Counted from the first letter of the stretch, positions 1 through 10,340 are shown. The stretch is DNA of 64,000 nt from Candidatus Cloacimonadales bacterium (GCA_963662275.1 OY759316.1:1152001-1216000), one strand, 5' to 3'. The notes: generated from the sequence alone by a model not told the origin. Made by a program: numbers and translations.

Positions 1-990
1 ACTAATGGAACACTCTATATTGCTCCAATTACCCTGAATGCAAATACAATACTTAAAGTAATCGCCTTCAAGAATAATTGGGTGGATTCAGATCCAGCTC
101 AGGCAGCGTATAACTTCCAGACTGCTGATCCAGTACTTTCAAATACAAGTGGAATTTACTCTGAAGCATTTTCTCTTACTCTGTCTTGTACTACAGAAAA
201 TGCTGTGATTCACTATACAACCAATGGAACTGAACCGGATGCTTCTTCACCAATCTATACAGATGGAATCCCAATAGTTGATAATGTTCAGGGCTTTGTA
301 GTCAAAGGTAAAGCATTTAAAGATAATTGGCTCACAAGTACATCGGTTAGTGGTACTTATTCCGTACTTCTCTTACCAGTCAATGTGAGAGCCAATTCCT
401 ATGAGGGTTACATCCGAATCTCATGGAATTCTCCAATTGTAGGTCGAGCCTTAGATGGTTTCAATGTTTATCGCAAACAAGTAGGAGATCCGGGATTTAC
501 TAAGATCAATACTTCAGGTTTAGTGAACACCTATTCACCTCAGGATACTGTATATTACTTTGATGATTATACCATCCAGCAGACACAACCAGGTCAATCT
601 AATGAATCCTATCAGTATTATGTGACAGCGGTCTACAGCGGTGTAGAGAGTAATCCTAGTAATTACACTACCATTGAATATGTCACTCAAGGTCAGCTCA
701 TTAGTGCAGCAACTCATGTCTATCCAAATCCTGCCACAAATTCCTGTAAAATTCAATTGGTACTCAGTAGGAGGGATAATGTCCAACTGACAGTTACCAT
801 TTATGATTTTGCAGGGAAAAAAGTGCAGACTCTCATCGTGCCGATTTCTAATTCAAACAAGATAGAGATTCCTTGGGATCTGACAACTTCCGGTGGTGCG
901 AAGGTGGCGCGTGGTGCGTACTTTGCCAGGGTGGTAGCCAATAATGGCACAGACCGTTCCGAGAAAATCATCAAGATCGCAGTGAAGTAA
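1..990 (+). CDS. 5'-truncated secreted protein with chitobiase/Fn3-associated repeats, Fn3-like domain and C-terminal FlgD-Ig/T9SS-type sorting domain
   Basis: Frame open from base 1 (TNGTLYIAPITLNANT...); IHYTTNGTEP motif; C-terminus YPNP...IYDFAGKKV...WD...GAYFARV...KIAVK. Confidence 0.8.
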   Translation, partial: TNGTLYIAPITLNANTILKVIAFKNNWVDSDPAQAAYNFQTADPVLSNTSGIYSEAFSLTLSCTTENAVIHYTTNGTEPDASSPIYTDGIPIVDNVQGFVVKGKAFKDNWLTSTSVSGTYSVLLLPVNVRANSYEGYIRISWNSPIVGRALDGFNVYRKQVGDPGFTKINTSGLVNTYSPQDTVYYFDDYTIQQTQPGQSNESYQYYVTAVYSGVESNPSNYTTIEYVTQGQLISAATHVYPNPATNSCKIQLVLSRRDNVQLTVTIYDFAGKKVQTLIVPISNSNKIEIPWDLTTSGGAKVARGAYFARVVANNGTDRSEKIIKIAVK

Positions 991-1003
991 GGGGGAGGAT
1001 AAG

Positions 1004-1984
1004 ATGAGAACAATCATGATTAACCAAGTAAACGGTGTCACAATGAAAAAAATACTTATTATCACTCTGTTGCTGCTTGCGACAATATTACTGAATGCCC
1101 AGGATAACAATTCAGCCGCTGCTTATATCAGAATGGGAATTGGAGCTCGTATCATTGCCATGGGAGAAGCCGGAGCTGCCACAACTACTGGTATTACGTC
1201 TGCTCATTGGAATCCAGCAGGATTGTATAATATGAAGGGCATGGAATTTTCCACCATGTACAACATGAATATGGGACTTGATCGCAGCTACAAGTATGCT
1301 GCCTTTGGGAAAAGATATGAATTTGGAACCATTGCCCTATCTTGGGTAAATGCGTCAGTAGATGATTTTGAAGGTTTTACTGAAGCAAATCAGCCCACAG
1401 GATTTTTCAATGATAATGAACATAATATCAGTCTCAGTTATGCTGGGGAAATGAAGCACATCCAATATGGCATCACACCCAAAATCTATATGTCGAAGTT
1501 GGGCGATGATACAAAATCAGGTTTTGGATTGGATTTGGGACTCAAGTATGATATTAACCAATACCTGGTTGCCGGTATCATGATGCGTGATGCTTATGGT
1601 ACATTAGATGGAGATAAAATTCCTTACGAGTTTTCAGCAGGAGTTGCGGTATATCCATTTCTAGGAATTACCTTGGGAGCAGATGTTAAAATGGAACAGG
1701 ATATGGATCCTAAAGTAATCTTTGGTGCTGAATATTGGACATCGATAGGAAAGGATAATGAAGCTAATTCTCAGCTTTCAGTAATTTCTGTTAATGAACA
1801 CAATACTTGGCAGGATATTTTAGCTAATTCTCAAACAGGTCTTAGAGTTGGATTTAACGATGGTCGTGTCTCAGTGGGAACCGGAATCAAACTGCATAAC
1901 CTGGAAATCGATTATGCCTACAGAATCAATAACCATGACATCTTCAATGATGACCACGTAATTTCGCTGGTTCTCAGGTTTTAA
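1004..1984 (+). CDS. PorV/PorQ-like (UPF0164) outer-membrane beta-barrel protein
   Basis: GARIIAMGEA...WNPAGL motif, signal peptide, DYAY near the end and terminal F; GGAGG upstream; alternative start at 1043. Confidence 0.75.
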   Translation: MRTIMINQVNGVTMKKILIITLLLLATILLNAQDNNSAAAYIRMGIGARIIAMGEAGAATTTGITSAHWNPAGLYNMKGMEFSTMYNMNMGLDRSYKYAAFGKRYEFGTIALSWVNASVDDFEGFTEANQPTGFFNDNEHNISLSYAGEMKHIQYGITPKIYMSKLGDDTKSGFGLDLGLKYDINQYLVAGIMMRDAYGTLDGDKIPYEFSAGVAVYPFLGITLGADVKMEQDMDPKVIFGAEYWTSIGKDNEANSQLSVISVNEHNTWQDILANSQTGLRVGFNDGRVSVGTGIKLHNLEIDYAYRINNHDIFNDDHVISLVLRF

Positions 1985-2011
1985 CCTGGAAACTTCAGAA
2001 ACAAAGGAGTT

Positions 2012-3859
2012 ATGGAGATGAAAATAATATCTATCAGCATCTGTTTACTTTGTATCATGGTCAGCTTAATGGGCATTGGGCTCAAGGGCGAACGTTATGC
2101 CACTGATGGTATTGAGTACTATCAGCATGGAGATTATCACAACGCTATCCTGATGTTTAAAGCTGCTGATGAAGCTGCCCAAGGCAGTAAACCAGAATAT
2201 TTCTACTGGCTGGGTCGGCTGCATATCGCACTTGCTGATACTTCAAAGGCAAAATACTGGCTGAAGCGATATATTGATTCTCACGATACTGCTAATCTTA
2301 CCCAGGTTCAAGATTACTTGGAGATCATTAATCGCCAAACACTGATTTTTGAAAGCATCACCATGCGGGAAATGCCTTCCTATATTAATAGCCGTAACTC
2401 GGATTACGGTGCTGTGGCTTCTCCTAAGGGAAATTACCTCTATTTCAATTCCCTGCGTCCTGCTCCTTATGGAAAAGAAAACATCTGGCGCGCTGAAAGG
2501 CTAAACACTCTTTGGGGTAATCCGGAACTAGTCACGGAACTCTGTACGGATAAAAATGAAGCGATTGGTTCATTTTCTGCGAACGGTGATATTGCCTATC
2601 TATCCGGAAATTATGAAAAAGGAAAGATAGATGGTGATATATACTCAAGTAAACATAACGGTTCCTGGCAAAAACCACTGGATTTGAAGGACGTAAATAG
2701 TGACCAGGTTGACGTACACCCATCAGTCTATAACGATAACCTTTTATTCTTTACATCATCCAGGAAAGGAGGTTTTGGAGGTACTGATATCTATGTGAGT
2801 ATCAAAGATGGAGATACTTGGCAAACTCCAATTAACCTCGGATCAGCAATTAATTCTTCTGACAACGAGCAAACTCCTTTTTTAGACTGGGATGGGAAAA
2901 CCCTCTTTTTTGCATCTTCCGGTCATGTTGGTTTTGGTGGTTATGATATTTTCAAATCTGTAAAAGTTGGTAATAGCTGGACTGAATGGTCTGTACCGGA
3001 AAACTTAGGTCTTCCGATTAATTCTATCAATGATGAACGCTATTATTATCATCTCAAGAACACGAATGAAGCTTTTATCAGTTCAAATCGAGGTGTGGAT
3101 GGATTCGAAAATATGTTTGCTCTCAATCTTGTCTATGCCCCTCGCGAATTCCAAATAGCCGATAGTACCGGCACAAAAATAACTGTCTTTGATGAAGACA
3201 AAACTTCTCCGATTTCAGGAAAAGTAGAAGAAATTGATTTATCATCGAAACCAATCGTATTTTCCGGTCAACTTACTGATGAAGATGGTAGTCCGGTATC
3301 AGCAGATATCCAATTTAATTATGATCGAAATGGTAATCAATTTAGAGATATTACTGCTTCAAATGATAATGGAGATTTTCAAATTACAGTACCTCGTGCC
3401 GAAAAATACACTGTTGTTATCAATGATGATGGATATTTTCTCTATTCTCAGGAGATCACACCTGCTCCCACAGATACCACATTTAGTTTGAATATCACTC
3501 TTAAAAAAATGGAAGCCAAAAAGGTCTTTGTCTTTGATAATATCCAGTTTAAATTTAACAGCTCCATGCTGGTACAAGAATACAACCCTGTTATTAACGA
3601 GATCGTACTGACACTTCTCAATAACCCGGATATCAAAGTGGAAATCTCTGGTCATACATGCAATATGGGTAAAGCATCCTATAATATGTGGCTTTCTGAG
3701 AGACGTGCAAAAAGAGTTATGGATTATTTGATTGCTAAAGGTGTTGATCCTTCCAGGCTCACTTCCATAGGTTTTGGTCTTACAAAGCCATTGAATGATA
3801 ACAGTACAAATGCCCTCAGAATCAAAAACCGCAGAGTTGAAATCAAAGTTATGGACTAA
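2012..3859 (+). CDS. OmpA-family protein with TPR, PD40 repeats and carboxypeptidase-regulatory-like domain (PorE-like architecture)
   Basis: FTSSRKGGFGGTDIY PD40 repeats; C-terminal ISGHT...LSERRA...NRRVE OmpA motif. Confidence 0.85.
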   Translation: MEMKIISISICLLCIMVSLMGIGLKGERYATDGIEYYQHGDYHNAILMFKAADEAAQGSKPEYFYWLGRLHIALADTSKAKYWLKRYIDSHDTANLTQVQDYLEIINRQTLIFESITMREMPSYINSRNSDYGAVASPKGNYLYFNSLRPAPYGKENIWRAERLNTLWGNPELVTELCTDKNEAIGSFSANGDIAYLSGNYEKGKIDGDIYSSKHNGSWQKPLDLKDVNSDQVDVHPSVYNDNLLFFTSSRKGGFGGTDIYVSIKDGDTWQTPINLGSAINSSDNEQTPFLDWDGKTLFFASSGHVGFGGYDIFKSVKVGNSWTEWSVPENLGLPINSINDERYYYHLKNTNEAFISSNRGVDGFENMFALNLVYAPREFQIADSTGTKITVFDEDKTSPISGKVEEIDLSSKPIVFSGQLTDEDGSPVSADIQFNYDRNGNQFRDITASNDNGDFQITVPRAEKYTVVINDDGYFLYSQEITPAPTDTTFSLNITLKKMEAKKVFVFDNIQFKFNSSMLVQEYNPVINEIVLTLLNNPDIKVEISGHTCNMGKASYNMWLSERRAKRVMDYLIAKGVDPSRLTSIGFGLTKPLNDNSTNALRIKNRRVEIKVMD

Positions 3860-3863
3860 TATT

Positions 3864-3888
3864 GTAGAGTAGGACGCCGTTCCTGCTG
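3864..3888 (+). repeat. GTAG-type REP-like palindrome
   Basis: gtagagtaggacgccgttcctgctg; identical copy at 51425-51449 and reverse-strand variants near 31965 and 32072. Confidence 0.75.
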
Positions 3889-4033
3889 AATAAAGTTATT
3901 AATGAAATGGGATTGAACATATGTTCAATCCCATTTCTCTATTGTAGGGATAGACCCATGTGTCTGTCCTCTGATCCTTCCATATCAGGCTGCAACACCC
4001 CAACCTTGTTATCATCAGTAAACCAAAGAGCAC

Positions 4034-4094
4034 TACGGTACCAATACGGTAGCAATACGGTAGCATTACGGTAAAAAACCGTAATGCTACCGTA
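4034..4094. repeat. 11-bp tandem units plus perfect 17-bp inverted repeat (copy 1)
   Basis: tacggtagcattacggt-aaaaa-accgtaatgctaccgta; second copy at 43668-43734. Confidence 0.85.
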
Positions 4095-4299
4095 ATAGTA
4101 TCGTATTCCAACCCTAGTACGTTTCAATGCAAAGATGCTTGCTATCAATCTTGTTCATTTACTTTAGAATTGTGAGTTCTTTTTGCAAAAAGGGAGATGG
4201 GATGGCAATCTGTTAAACCCGGAGCTACTACAATTAACATAATCAAACTCTCCGACCTAAAGGTCACCTCCCTTCATCTGAAGGGAGGAATAGTACCTA

Positions 4300-4729
4300 G
4301 CACCTGGCATCTGAAGAAGAGCATCAAGAAACGCCTAGAGAAGAATGACTTAGTGGAGAAAGTTGATTTCAAAGTATTCGGTGTTCCCAATGATGTTCTT
4401 TCTGCTACCAAGCTGGCAGAACAGGCTCCTTTCCAGTTTGAAGTATGGGCTGTCAGTCAGTTGAATGCCACTCCTACCATTAAATCTGGTGAAAAGGGAG
4501 TGGATGGTGTGATAACTTTTATAGATCATACGAGAAAAGACAAAGTGGGGAAAGGGATTATCGCTATATGGAAGGTGTTACCCAAACAAAGATACCGAAG
4601 ATACAGATCCTGACAGTAGATGATTTATTCGCAGAACCGATTCGGGTAATCTTACCTCCCAATGTAATTGAACCATATAAGAAACCTTCGATGAAAGCCA
4701 AAGAGGATGAAGAAGAGTATTTGTTTTAA
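4300..4729 (+). pseudogene. Remnant of the C-terminal restriction-endonuclease-like part of a DNA methyltransferase fusion, frameshifted with an internal deletion
   Basis: FQFEVWAV...GEKGVDG in one frame, IPKIQILTVDDLF...EEYLF* in another after ~4560; the 5' part of ORF 4197 is repeat-derived. Confidence 0.6.
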
Positions 4730-4753
4730 TGGACTCAATGATTTGGATAGAGA

Positions 4754-4948
4754 ATGGAAAGATTAGTATTGTTTATTGAAGGTCTCGTTGTATTAGGGCT
4801 TATTGTTTTTGAAATTTTCATGGGCGATTTCATCCCTTTATTTGCTGCTGTTATGGTTTTAGCCTGTTTTATCTATTATGTCAGAAAGAAGCAAAGAGCA
4901 TTTCAACAAAAGTTAGAAGAACAGAAACGGAATAAAGAACTTAAGTAA
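4754..4948 (+). CDS. Small hypothetical membrane protein
   Basis: Two hydrophobic segments and a basic tail. Confidence 0.55.
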   Translation: MERLVLFIEGLVVLGLIVFEIFMGDFIPLFAAVMVLACFIYYVRKKQRAFQQKLEEQKRNKELK

Positions 4949-5021
4949 TCAGATACTTCATCTACAGAAATTACATCCGGAAAAGCTGAACGAAAGTAAA
5001 TTCGTTCTAAGGAAACTCAAG

Positions 5022-5300
5022 ATGTCGGATAAGTTCTTCAATGTATTTCTTATCACTTTTCTCATTCTGATTATAGCATATTGGATCCTGAGTAATTTCA
5101 GTAGTAAAACTCTCTGGTTTTGGATGAATTTTGTCTTGCTGCCAATTATTTATGTGCTAGTTTTAGAAATCATCTCTGCCGTATTTTTAGGGTGGGATGT
5201 CATCGAAGATCGGGAAACGGAGGTCGCAATTTTCGTGGGTATGATTGTCTCTGTGATCGCGGTTATGGTCTATAGGGGAGTTGTGCATTGGATGGTATGA
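5022..5300 (+). CDS. Small hypothetical membrane protein
   Basis: About three hydrophobic segments; AAGGA upstream. Confidence 0.55.
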   Translation: MSDKFFNVFLITFLILIIAYWILSNFSSKTLWFWMNFVLLPIIYVLVLEIISAVFLGWDVIEDRETEVAIFVGMIVSVIAVMVYRGVVHWMV

Positions 5301-5328
5301 CGTTTTAGCTATTTATTGATAAAATAGA

Positions 5329-5415
5329 AGTCCCCTACGGACGATAGATATTAACGCTCGGATTTTAATCCGGCGACCAGTGAAACGTAACTATCACCAA
5401 GTCAGGTACAGACGA
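5329..5415 (+). repeat. REP/REPIN-like element (ggattttaatcc family)
   Basis: Similar copy on the minus strand at 23168-23255 and a variant at 23050-23140. Confidence 0.7.
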
Positions 5416-5453
5416 AAGAGGATATTGCAGACTAAACAAATAGATTGTGCCTT

Positions 5454-6479
5454 CTATTTCATTAATTCTAGCATTGAATTAATGACTATTTGGGGTTCAA
5501 ATCTGTAAATATCATGTTCAGAGGTAGTAGCTGGTTTGAATATAGATTGGTTCGATAAATTCAGATATTGCTTTTGTTCTTCATTAAACAATTTCATCAG
5601 CAATTCAGAACTATTTTGTTTTAATTTATAGGATTTCGAGATAGTTTTAGCAATTTCAAACCAATTGGCTGTAATCAGAACCATTGGAATATTCGCAATT
5701 TGTTCCTTTTGTTTATCTGTAAAGTCGATGACTTCATTTTCTGATTCACTATTCATTGCCTTATAGTAATTCTTTGAAGCAGTATTAAGAACTACAGAAT
5801 AATTGCTATCTTTTTCGTTTCCGCCCTGCATTTTGTATAACCAAAAGATTAGTCCTATTGTACCCGCTTTTTGAATCGATGAACCGCCTTTCCCAGACAA
5901 AGTATTGATGGCGAATTTCTTTGTCTTGCCATCTAAATCCGGATTATGCTTAATTTCAGTTACGAAACTTTTTAAATCATATGGGGCGGGATCCAATAAA
6001 AGCAATCCTTTAACATTCTTGATTTTTAATGCATCATGAATGATCTGATTTGCCCCGAACGAATGACCCAAGAGATAAATTTGGTTAGCATCTAAATGTT
6101 CTTTGATTAGAAGTTCGTTAAGTTCATTACTTATCTGATCCGGTGTTCGGGGATAATTGTTTGTTGTACTGTACCCATAATCCCCCCTGTCATAAATGAG
6201 TACTTTAGCATATTTAGCAAGACTGTCCTGTAAAGGTATCCATTTGCTGTAAAGTGTTCCAAAACCTGTTTCAATAATGACTAATTTATCACCGCTCCCC
6301 TTGATCTTGTAGAATAGGGTTGCATTATTTATTGCGACGACTTTGCCATTTATATCCGGTTTGCTTTGCCATTTTCTTAAAGTTTTTTGTGTAGAACAAC
6401 CCGTTGTTATTGAAAAAACTAGGGAAAGAATAGTGATGAATCCGATGAATCTAGAATAATAGTGATGATTAACCGACAT
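5454..6479 (-). CDS. Alpha/beta hydrolase, probably exported or a lipoprotein
   Basis: YDRGDYGYS and GHSFG nucleophile elbow; AGGAG precedes ATG at 6479. Confidence 0.8.
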   Translation of the reverse strand: MSVNHHYYSRFIGFITILSLVFSITTGCSTQKTLRKWQSKPDINGKVVAINNATLFYKIKGSGDKLVIIETGFGTLYSKWIPLQDSLAKYAKVLIYDRGDYGYSTTNNYPRTPDQISNELNELLIKEHLDANQIYLLGHSFGANQIIHDALKIKNVKGLLLLDPAPYDLKSFVTEIKHNPDLDGKTKKFAINTLSGKGGSSIQKAGTIGLIFWLYKMQGGNEKDSNYSVVLNTASKNYYKAMNSESENEVIDFTDKQKEQIANIPMVLITANWFEIAKTISKSYKLKQNSSELLMKLFNEEQKQYLNLSNQSIFKPATTSEHDIYRFEPQIVINSMLELMK

Positions 6480-6694
6480 ATGACACTCCTTAATCTCTTT
6501 GGTCACTTTTAAGAATGAATACAATTAATGTATTCCTGTACAATCAGCAAGAGAAATATGCTTATTTATTTCAATAATGTCTAACTTCCCGAAAGGCTAA
6601 CGCGATTTGTTTGATTACAGTAATTATCATCTGAAGATGATACCCTGATTCGAGAAGAAATCACCAGACAAATAAACCTTGACTGATTAATGGC

Positions 6695-6716
6695 TATTTG
6701 GCAAAGTAGCCAAATA
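6695..6716. promoter_or_regulatory. Putative ArsR operator (8-6-8 inverted repeat) downstream of TTGACT
   Basis: tatttggc-aaagta-gccaaata, 30 bp upstream of arsR; TTGACT at 6679. Confidence 0.6.
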
Positions 6717-6746
6717 CTAGGTTGTAGGTTGTAATAAGAGGGAAAC

Positions 6747-7025
6747 ATGAAAGATATGTCAAAATACAATGAAATGGCTGCCACTATGAAGGCTTTAGCT
6801 CATCCCACACGATTACTCATTGTGGATACTTTAAACGAGCGAGAGCATTGCGTTTGCGAGTTACAGGAGATGATTGGGGCGGACATGTCAACGGTGTCTA
6901 AACATCTTTCTGTTTTACGGAATGCAGGTATCATAGATAGCCGGAAGCAGAACAACCAGGTTTACTATCGCCTGAAATGCCCTTGTGTGCTTGACATCTA
7001 TAATTGCATCATCAAAACGAAGTGA
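6747..7025 (+). CDS. arsR: ArsR/SmtB family transcriptional regulator
   Basis: KALAHPTRL...HCVCEL...STVSKHLSVL. Confidence 0.9.
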   Translation: MKDMSKYNEMAATMKALAHPTRLLIVDTLNEREHCVCELQEMIGADMSTVSKHLSVLRNAGIIDSRKQNNQVYYRLKCPCVLDIYNCIIKTK

Positions 7026-7033
7026 GTAATTAG

Positions 7034-7996
7034 ATGTTCACATGGTGGGAAAACATCACAAAATGGCTAGTTTACAGCGTTATTGGATTAGCAGATGGCA
7101 ATCGCTGGGCATCCGCATTACAGTTCTTTCTCTTTGATACGATCAAAATATTCATACTGCTCGCGGTTATAATTTTCGCAATTACATATATTCGAAGCTA
7201 CTTTCCGCCCGAAAGGACGAAGGCTTTATTAGCTAAACGGAAAGGCAGCACTTACATTGGGCATATCCTTGCAGCATTGTTGGGGATTGTAACACCTTTC
7301 TGTTCCTGTTCGGCAGTGCCGTTATTCATTGGTTTTGTTGAAGCAGGAATTCCTTTGGGTGTGACCTTCACATATCTTATCTCAGCTCCCATGGTGAATG
7401 AAGTGGCGTTGGGAATGCTGTGGGTTCTTTTCGGCTGGAAGATAGCTTTAATCTACATTGTGAGCGGTGAAGTCATCGCAATTGCGGCAGGAATTGTCCT
7501 CGGTCGCATGAAGTTGGAAATGTACATTGAAGAATCAGTCTTTGAAATGAAAGTCGGTGCAAGCTGTGAATGTACTCCTAAACAATCCGATCGTTTCATA
7601 GATGCCTGGCGCTTTACGATCGATTTGATCAAAAAAATATGGATATATGTAGCCATCGGTATCGGCATCGGCGGTATCATGCACGGCTGGGTTCCAGCGA
7701 ATGCTTTAGCTGTCTATGCGGGTAAAGATAATCCCTTTGCTGTGTTCATTGCTGTCTTGATCGGTATTCCGCTCTATTCCAATGCAGCCGGAGTGATCCC
7801 ATTGGTCAGTGAATTGACCCGTGCCGGTGTGGCGATGGGAACAGCCCTGGCTTTCATGATGGCTGTGACAGCGTTATCACTTCCCGAAGCAATCCTGTTG
7901 AGAAAAGTACTGAAACCAAAATTATTAGCTATCTTCATGGGCATCGTTGGATTGGGGATTGTGTTTACGGGGTATTTGTTCAACTGGATAATGTGA
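7034..7996 (+). CDS. ArsP/DUF318 family permease
   Basis: TPFCSCSAVP, ISAPMVNE and ALSLPE motifs; multiple TM segments. Confidence 0.85.
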   Translation: MFTWWENITKWLVYSVIGLADGNRWASALQFFLFDTIKIFILLAVIIFAITYIRSYFPPERTKALLAKRKGSTYIGHILAALLGIVTPFCSCSAVPLFIGFVEAGIPLGVTFTYLISAPMVNEVALGMLWVLFGWKIALIYIVSGEVIAIAAGIVLGRMKLEMYIEESVFEMKVGASCECTPKQSDRFIDAWRFTIDLIKKIWIYVAIGIGIGGIMHGWVPANALAVYAGKDNPFAVFIAVLIGIPLYSNAAGVIPLVSELTRAGVAMGTALAFMMAVTALSLPEAILLRKVLKPKLLAIFMGIVGLGIVFTGYLFNWIM

Positions 7997-8002
7997 TGCA
8001 AA

Positions 8003-8090
8003 AGGGAACAGGGTACAGCGTACAGGGTACAGGGTACAGAGAGCAGTCTGGTTCCCCTCCCATTTGTAAAGGGAGGGGTTAGGGGAGAGC
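8003..8090. repeat. Heptamer run (agggtac) followed by a cccctccc/gggagggg palindromic element
   Basis: Direct reading; the palindrome resembles 24497-24541. Confidence 0.7.
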
Positions 8091-8194
8091 TAGTTCTGAT
8101 CTGTCGTTTATGAAGTCCATTTGCCCTTTTAGACTGTGTTAATTAATAGCTTTATTTGGGAAATTGAACTCCAAAATCTTATCAGGAGTAAAAG

Positions 8195-8893
8195 ATGATA
8201 GGAAACATATTTAATGCATTGTATACAGCTTTGTATGGCAATATGGCATTAGCTATACTTGCAGCCTTTTTGTGGGGTCTGGCAAGTATCTTGCTCAGCC
8301 CCTGCCATCTATCCGGTATTCCACTGATGGTTGCCATGCTCACTGGAAAGAGAGTGCTGACGGTGAAACAAGCCCTGAAGCTTAGTACTTTATTTGCCAT
8401 AGGTGTATTATTCAGTTTTCTGATTATCGGGATTGTAACTGCATTATTGGGACGCATGATAGGTGATTTGGGCAGCCACGCCAATCTTATCTTTGGCATA
8501 GCCATGTGTATTGGCGGGATCCTTCTATTGGATGTCATTCCATTTGGCTCAGTTTCTCTGGTTTCCAAGGTTAAAATTGATGGCACCAAGCCATTCACCA
8601 TATTCCTGGTTGGTTTGTTATTCGGTATGGCATTGGGTCCATGCGCTTTTGCCTTCATGGCACCGGTATTGACATTAGTTTTCAGTTTGGCAGAAACCAA
8701 ACTCTTGGCAGCAATTGCTATTACTGTTTCCTACGCTATTGGGCATTGTCTGGTCATTGTCTTTGCAGGCACGTCAGTTGGTTTTGTGCAAAAATTATTG
8801 AATTGGAATGAAGGTTCCAAGGGGTTGAGTATGATGAAAAAAGTCTGCGCAGTCCTCGTGATTGCTGCAGGTATATATCTAATCTTTAAATAA
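8195..8893 (+). CDS. ccdA: Cytochrome c biogenesis CcdA family protein
   Basis: SILLSPC and ALGPC cysteine motifs, about six TMs. Confidence 0.8.
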   Translation: MIGNIFNALYTALYGNMALAILAAFLWGLASILLSPCHLSGIPLMVAMLTGKRVLTVKQALKLSTLFAIGVLFSFLIIGIVTALLGRMIGDLGSHANLIFGIAMCIGGILLLDVIPFGSVSLVSKVKIDGTKPFTIFLVGLLFGMALGPCAFAFMAPVLTLVFSLAETKLLAAIAITVSYAIGHCLVIVFAGTSVGFVQKLLNWNEGSKGLSMMKKVCAVLVIAAGIYLIFK

Positions 8894-8904
8894 AGGAGTT
8901 CATT

Positions 8905-9135
8905 ATGATTATCAAAGTATTGGGAAGCGGATGCAGTAAATGCAAGAAACTGGAAGAAAACGTACGCAAGGCTGTTGCAGAGAAAGGTCTGGAAGCAACT
9001 GTAGAAAAAGTCACTGATTTGAAAGTAATCATGAGCTATGGAGTGATGAGTACTCCGGCTCTGATCATCGATGAAAAAGTTGTTTCAGCAGGCAGATTGC
9101 TCAGTGTCTCTGACGTAGTTAAGTTACTAGGATAA
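8905..9135 (+). CDS. Small redox-active disulfide protein (thioredoxin_3 family)
   Basis: IKVLGSGCSKC...YGVMSTPAL. Confidence 0.9.
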   Translation: MIIKVLGSGCSKCKKLEENVRKAVAEKGLEATVEKVTDLKVIMSYGVMSTPALIIDEKVVSAGRLLSVSDVVKLLG

Positions 9136-9145
9136 AGGAGTCAAA

Positions 9146-9535
9146 ATGGCTAAATGTAATTGTGAAGGCGGCTGTGCTTCCAGTACATCGAACAAATCTG
9201 TCTTCGCCTGCTCCGGAGCGAGTAATGTTGGCAAGTTATCATATGACTTGGCAATCGAACTGCATAAGATAGATAAGTACAAAATCAGCTGTGCTATTGG
9301 AGTTGGAGCAGATATAGGTGGATTTATCAACGAAGCTAAATCTGATGATAATACTAATCTCTTGATCGATGGCTGTCCTGTTGGATGCTTGAAGCATATG
9401 TTCGATAATAAGGGCATAACAAATTATGACCATATTGTACTTACTGAAATGGGTATCAAAAAAGATGGTACGTTAAAGTATGATAGTGAAGTATTGCCAA
9501 GATTAATTAATGAAATTGAAGAGATGGGGTTATAA
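9146..9535 (+). CDS. DGC-domain putative zinc-binding protein
   Basis: ACSGASNVG and IDGCPVGC. Confidence 0.85.
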   Translation: MAKCNCEGGCASSTSNKSVFACSGASNVGKLSYDLAIELHKIDKYKISCAIGVGADIGGFINEAKSDDNTNLLIDGCPVGCLKHMFDNKGITNYDHIVLTEMGIKKDGTLKYDSEVLPRLINEIEEMGL

Positions 9536-9937
9536 ATGAAAAAACTAATGATCATATTAAGTGCGATCATGATAGTCGGTTCCTTGTTTTGTGTTACACC
9601 GACAGTTGTTAAAGCTAAAGTTAAAGCGAAAGCAAAGCCTCAGGTTACATTTATCGAACTTGGTTCCGTGAACTGTATCCCCTGTAAGCAAATGCAGCCT
9701 GTGATGAAGGAAATCGAAACAACATACGGAGATAAAGTGCAGGTCGTGTTTTATGATGTCTGGCAGCCGAAAGATAAGGATAAGGCTGCCAAATATAAGA
9801 TTAAACTGATACCTACTCAAGTCTTTCTGGATAAAGATGGTAAGGAATTTTCCAGGCATGAAGGTTTCTTTCCTAAAGAGGAGATCATGAAACTAATCGA
9901 TCCTAAACTTGGTATCAAGAGAACTGCAAAAAAGTAA
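9536..9937 (+). CDS. Exported thioredoxin family protein
   Basis: Signal peptide, CIPC, cis-Pro LIPTQVF, RHEGF. Confidence 0.85.
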   Translation: MKKLMIILSAIMIVGSLFCVTPTVVKAKVKAKAKPQVTFIELGSVNCIPCKQMQPVMKEIETTYGDKVQVVFYDVWQPKDKDKAAKYKIKLIPTQVFLDKDGKEFSRHEGFFPKEEIMKLIDPKLGIKRTAKK

Positions 9938-9959
9938 GATATAACATATAGATGGGTAT

Positions 9960-10340
9960 ATGAAAAGGATATTGATAGTATTGAGTTTGCTCGTTATATT
10001 TCATGCTTTGTATGGTGTAAGCAAAACGGCACCCCAAAATACGAAGCAACCACAAGCTAAACCGCTAATTACATTCGTGGAAATTGGCTCTGTGAATTGC
10101 GTTCCCTGCCGACAGATGAAACCTGTGATGAAAGCAATCGAAGAGAAGTATACCGGTAAAGTGAAAGTTGTGTTCTATGATGTGAATAAACAAAGAGCAA
10201 AAGCAAATGAGTATTATATCAAACTCATACCAACCCAGGTATTTTTAGACGCTAAAGGAAAGGAATTCTGGAGGCATGAGGGCTTCTATCCACAAAAGGA
10301 TATAGAAAAGCTGATCGATGAGAAATTAGCAAAGAAATAA
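9960..10340 (+). CDS. Exported thioredoxin family protein (paralog of the preceding gene)
   Basis: Signal peptide, CVPC, LIPTQVF, RHEGF. Confidence 0.85.
   Translation: MKRILIVLSLLVIFHALYGVSKTAPQNTKQPQAKPLITFVEIGSVNCVPCRQMKPVMKAIEEKYTGKVKVVFYDVNKQRAKANEYYIKLIPTQVFLDAKGKEFWRHEGFYPQKDIEKLIDEKLAKK

Noticed and set aside
3899..4148. Two short minus-strand ORFs
   Set aside because: They translate REP and palindromic repeat DNA; no protein motif
8182..8700. 172-aa antisense ORF and the many other nested or antisense ORFs in the track
   Set aside because: Shadows of well-supported genes on the opposite strand or in another frame
8905..10340. Selenocysteine read-through in the redox genes
   Set aside because: All CxxC and Cys motifs use ordinary Cys codons within uninterrupted ORFs
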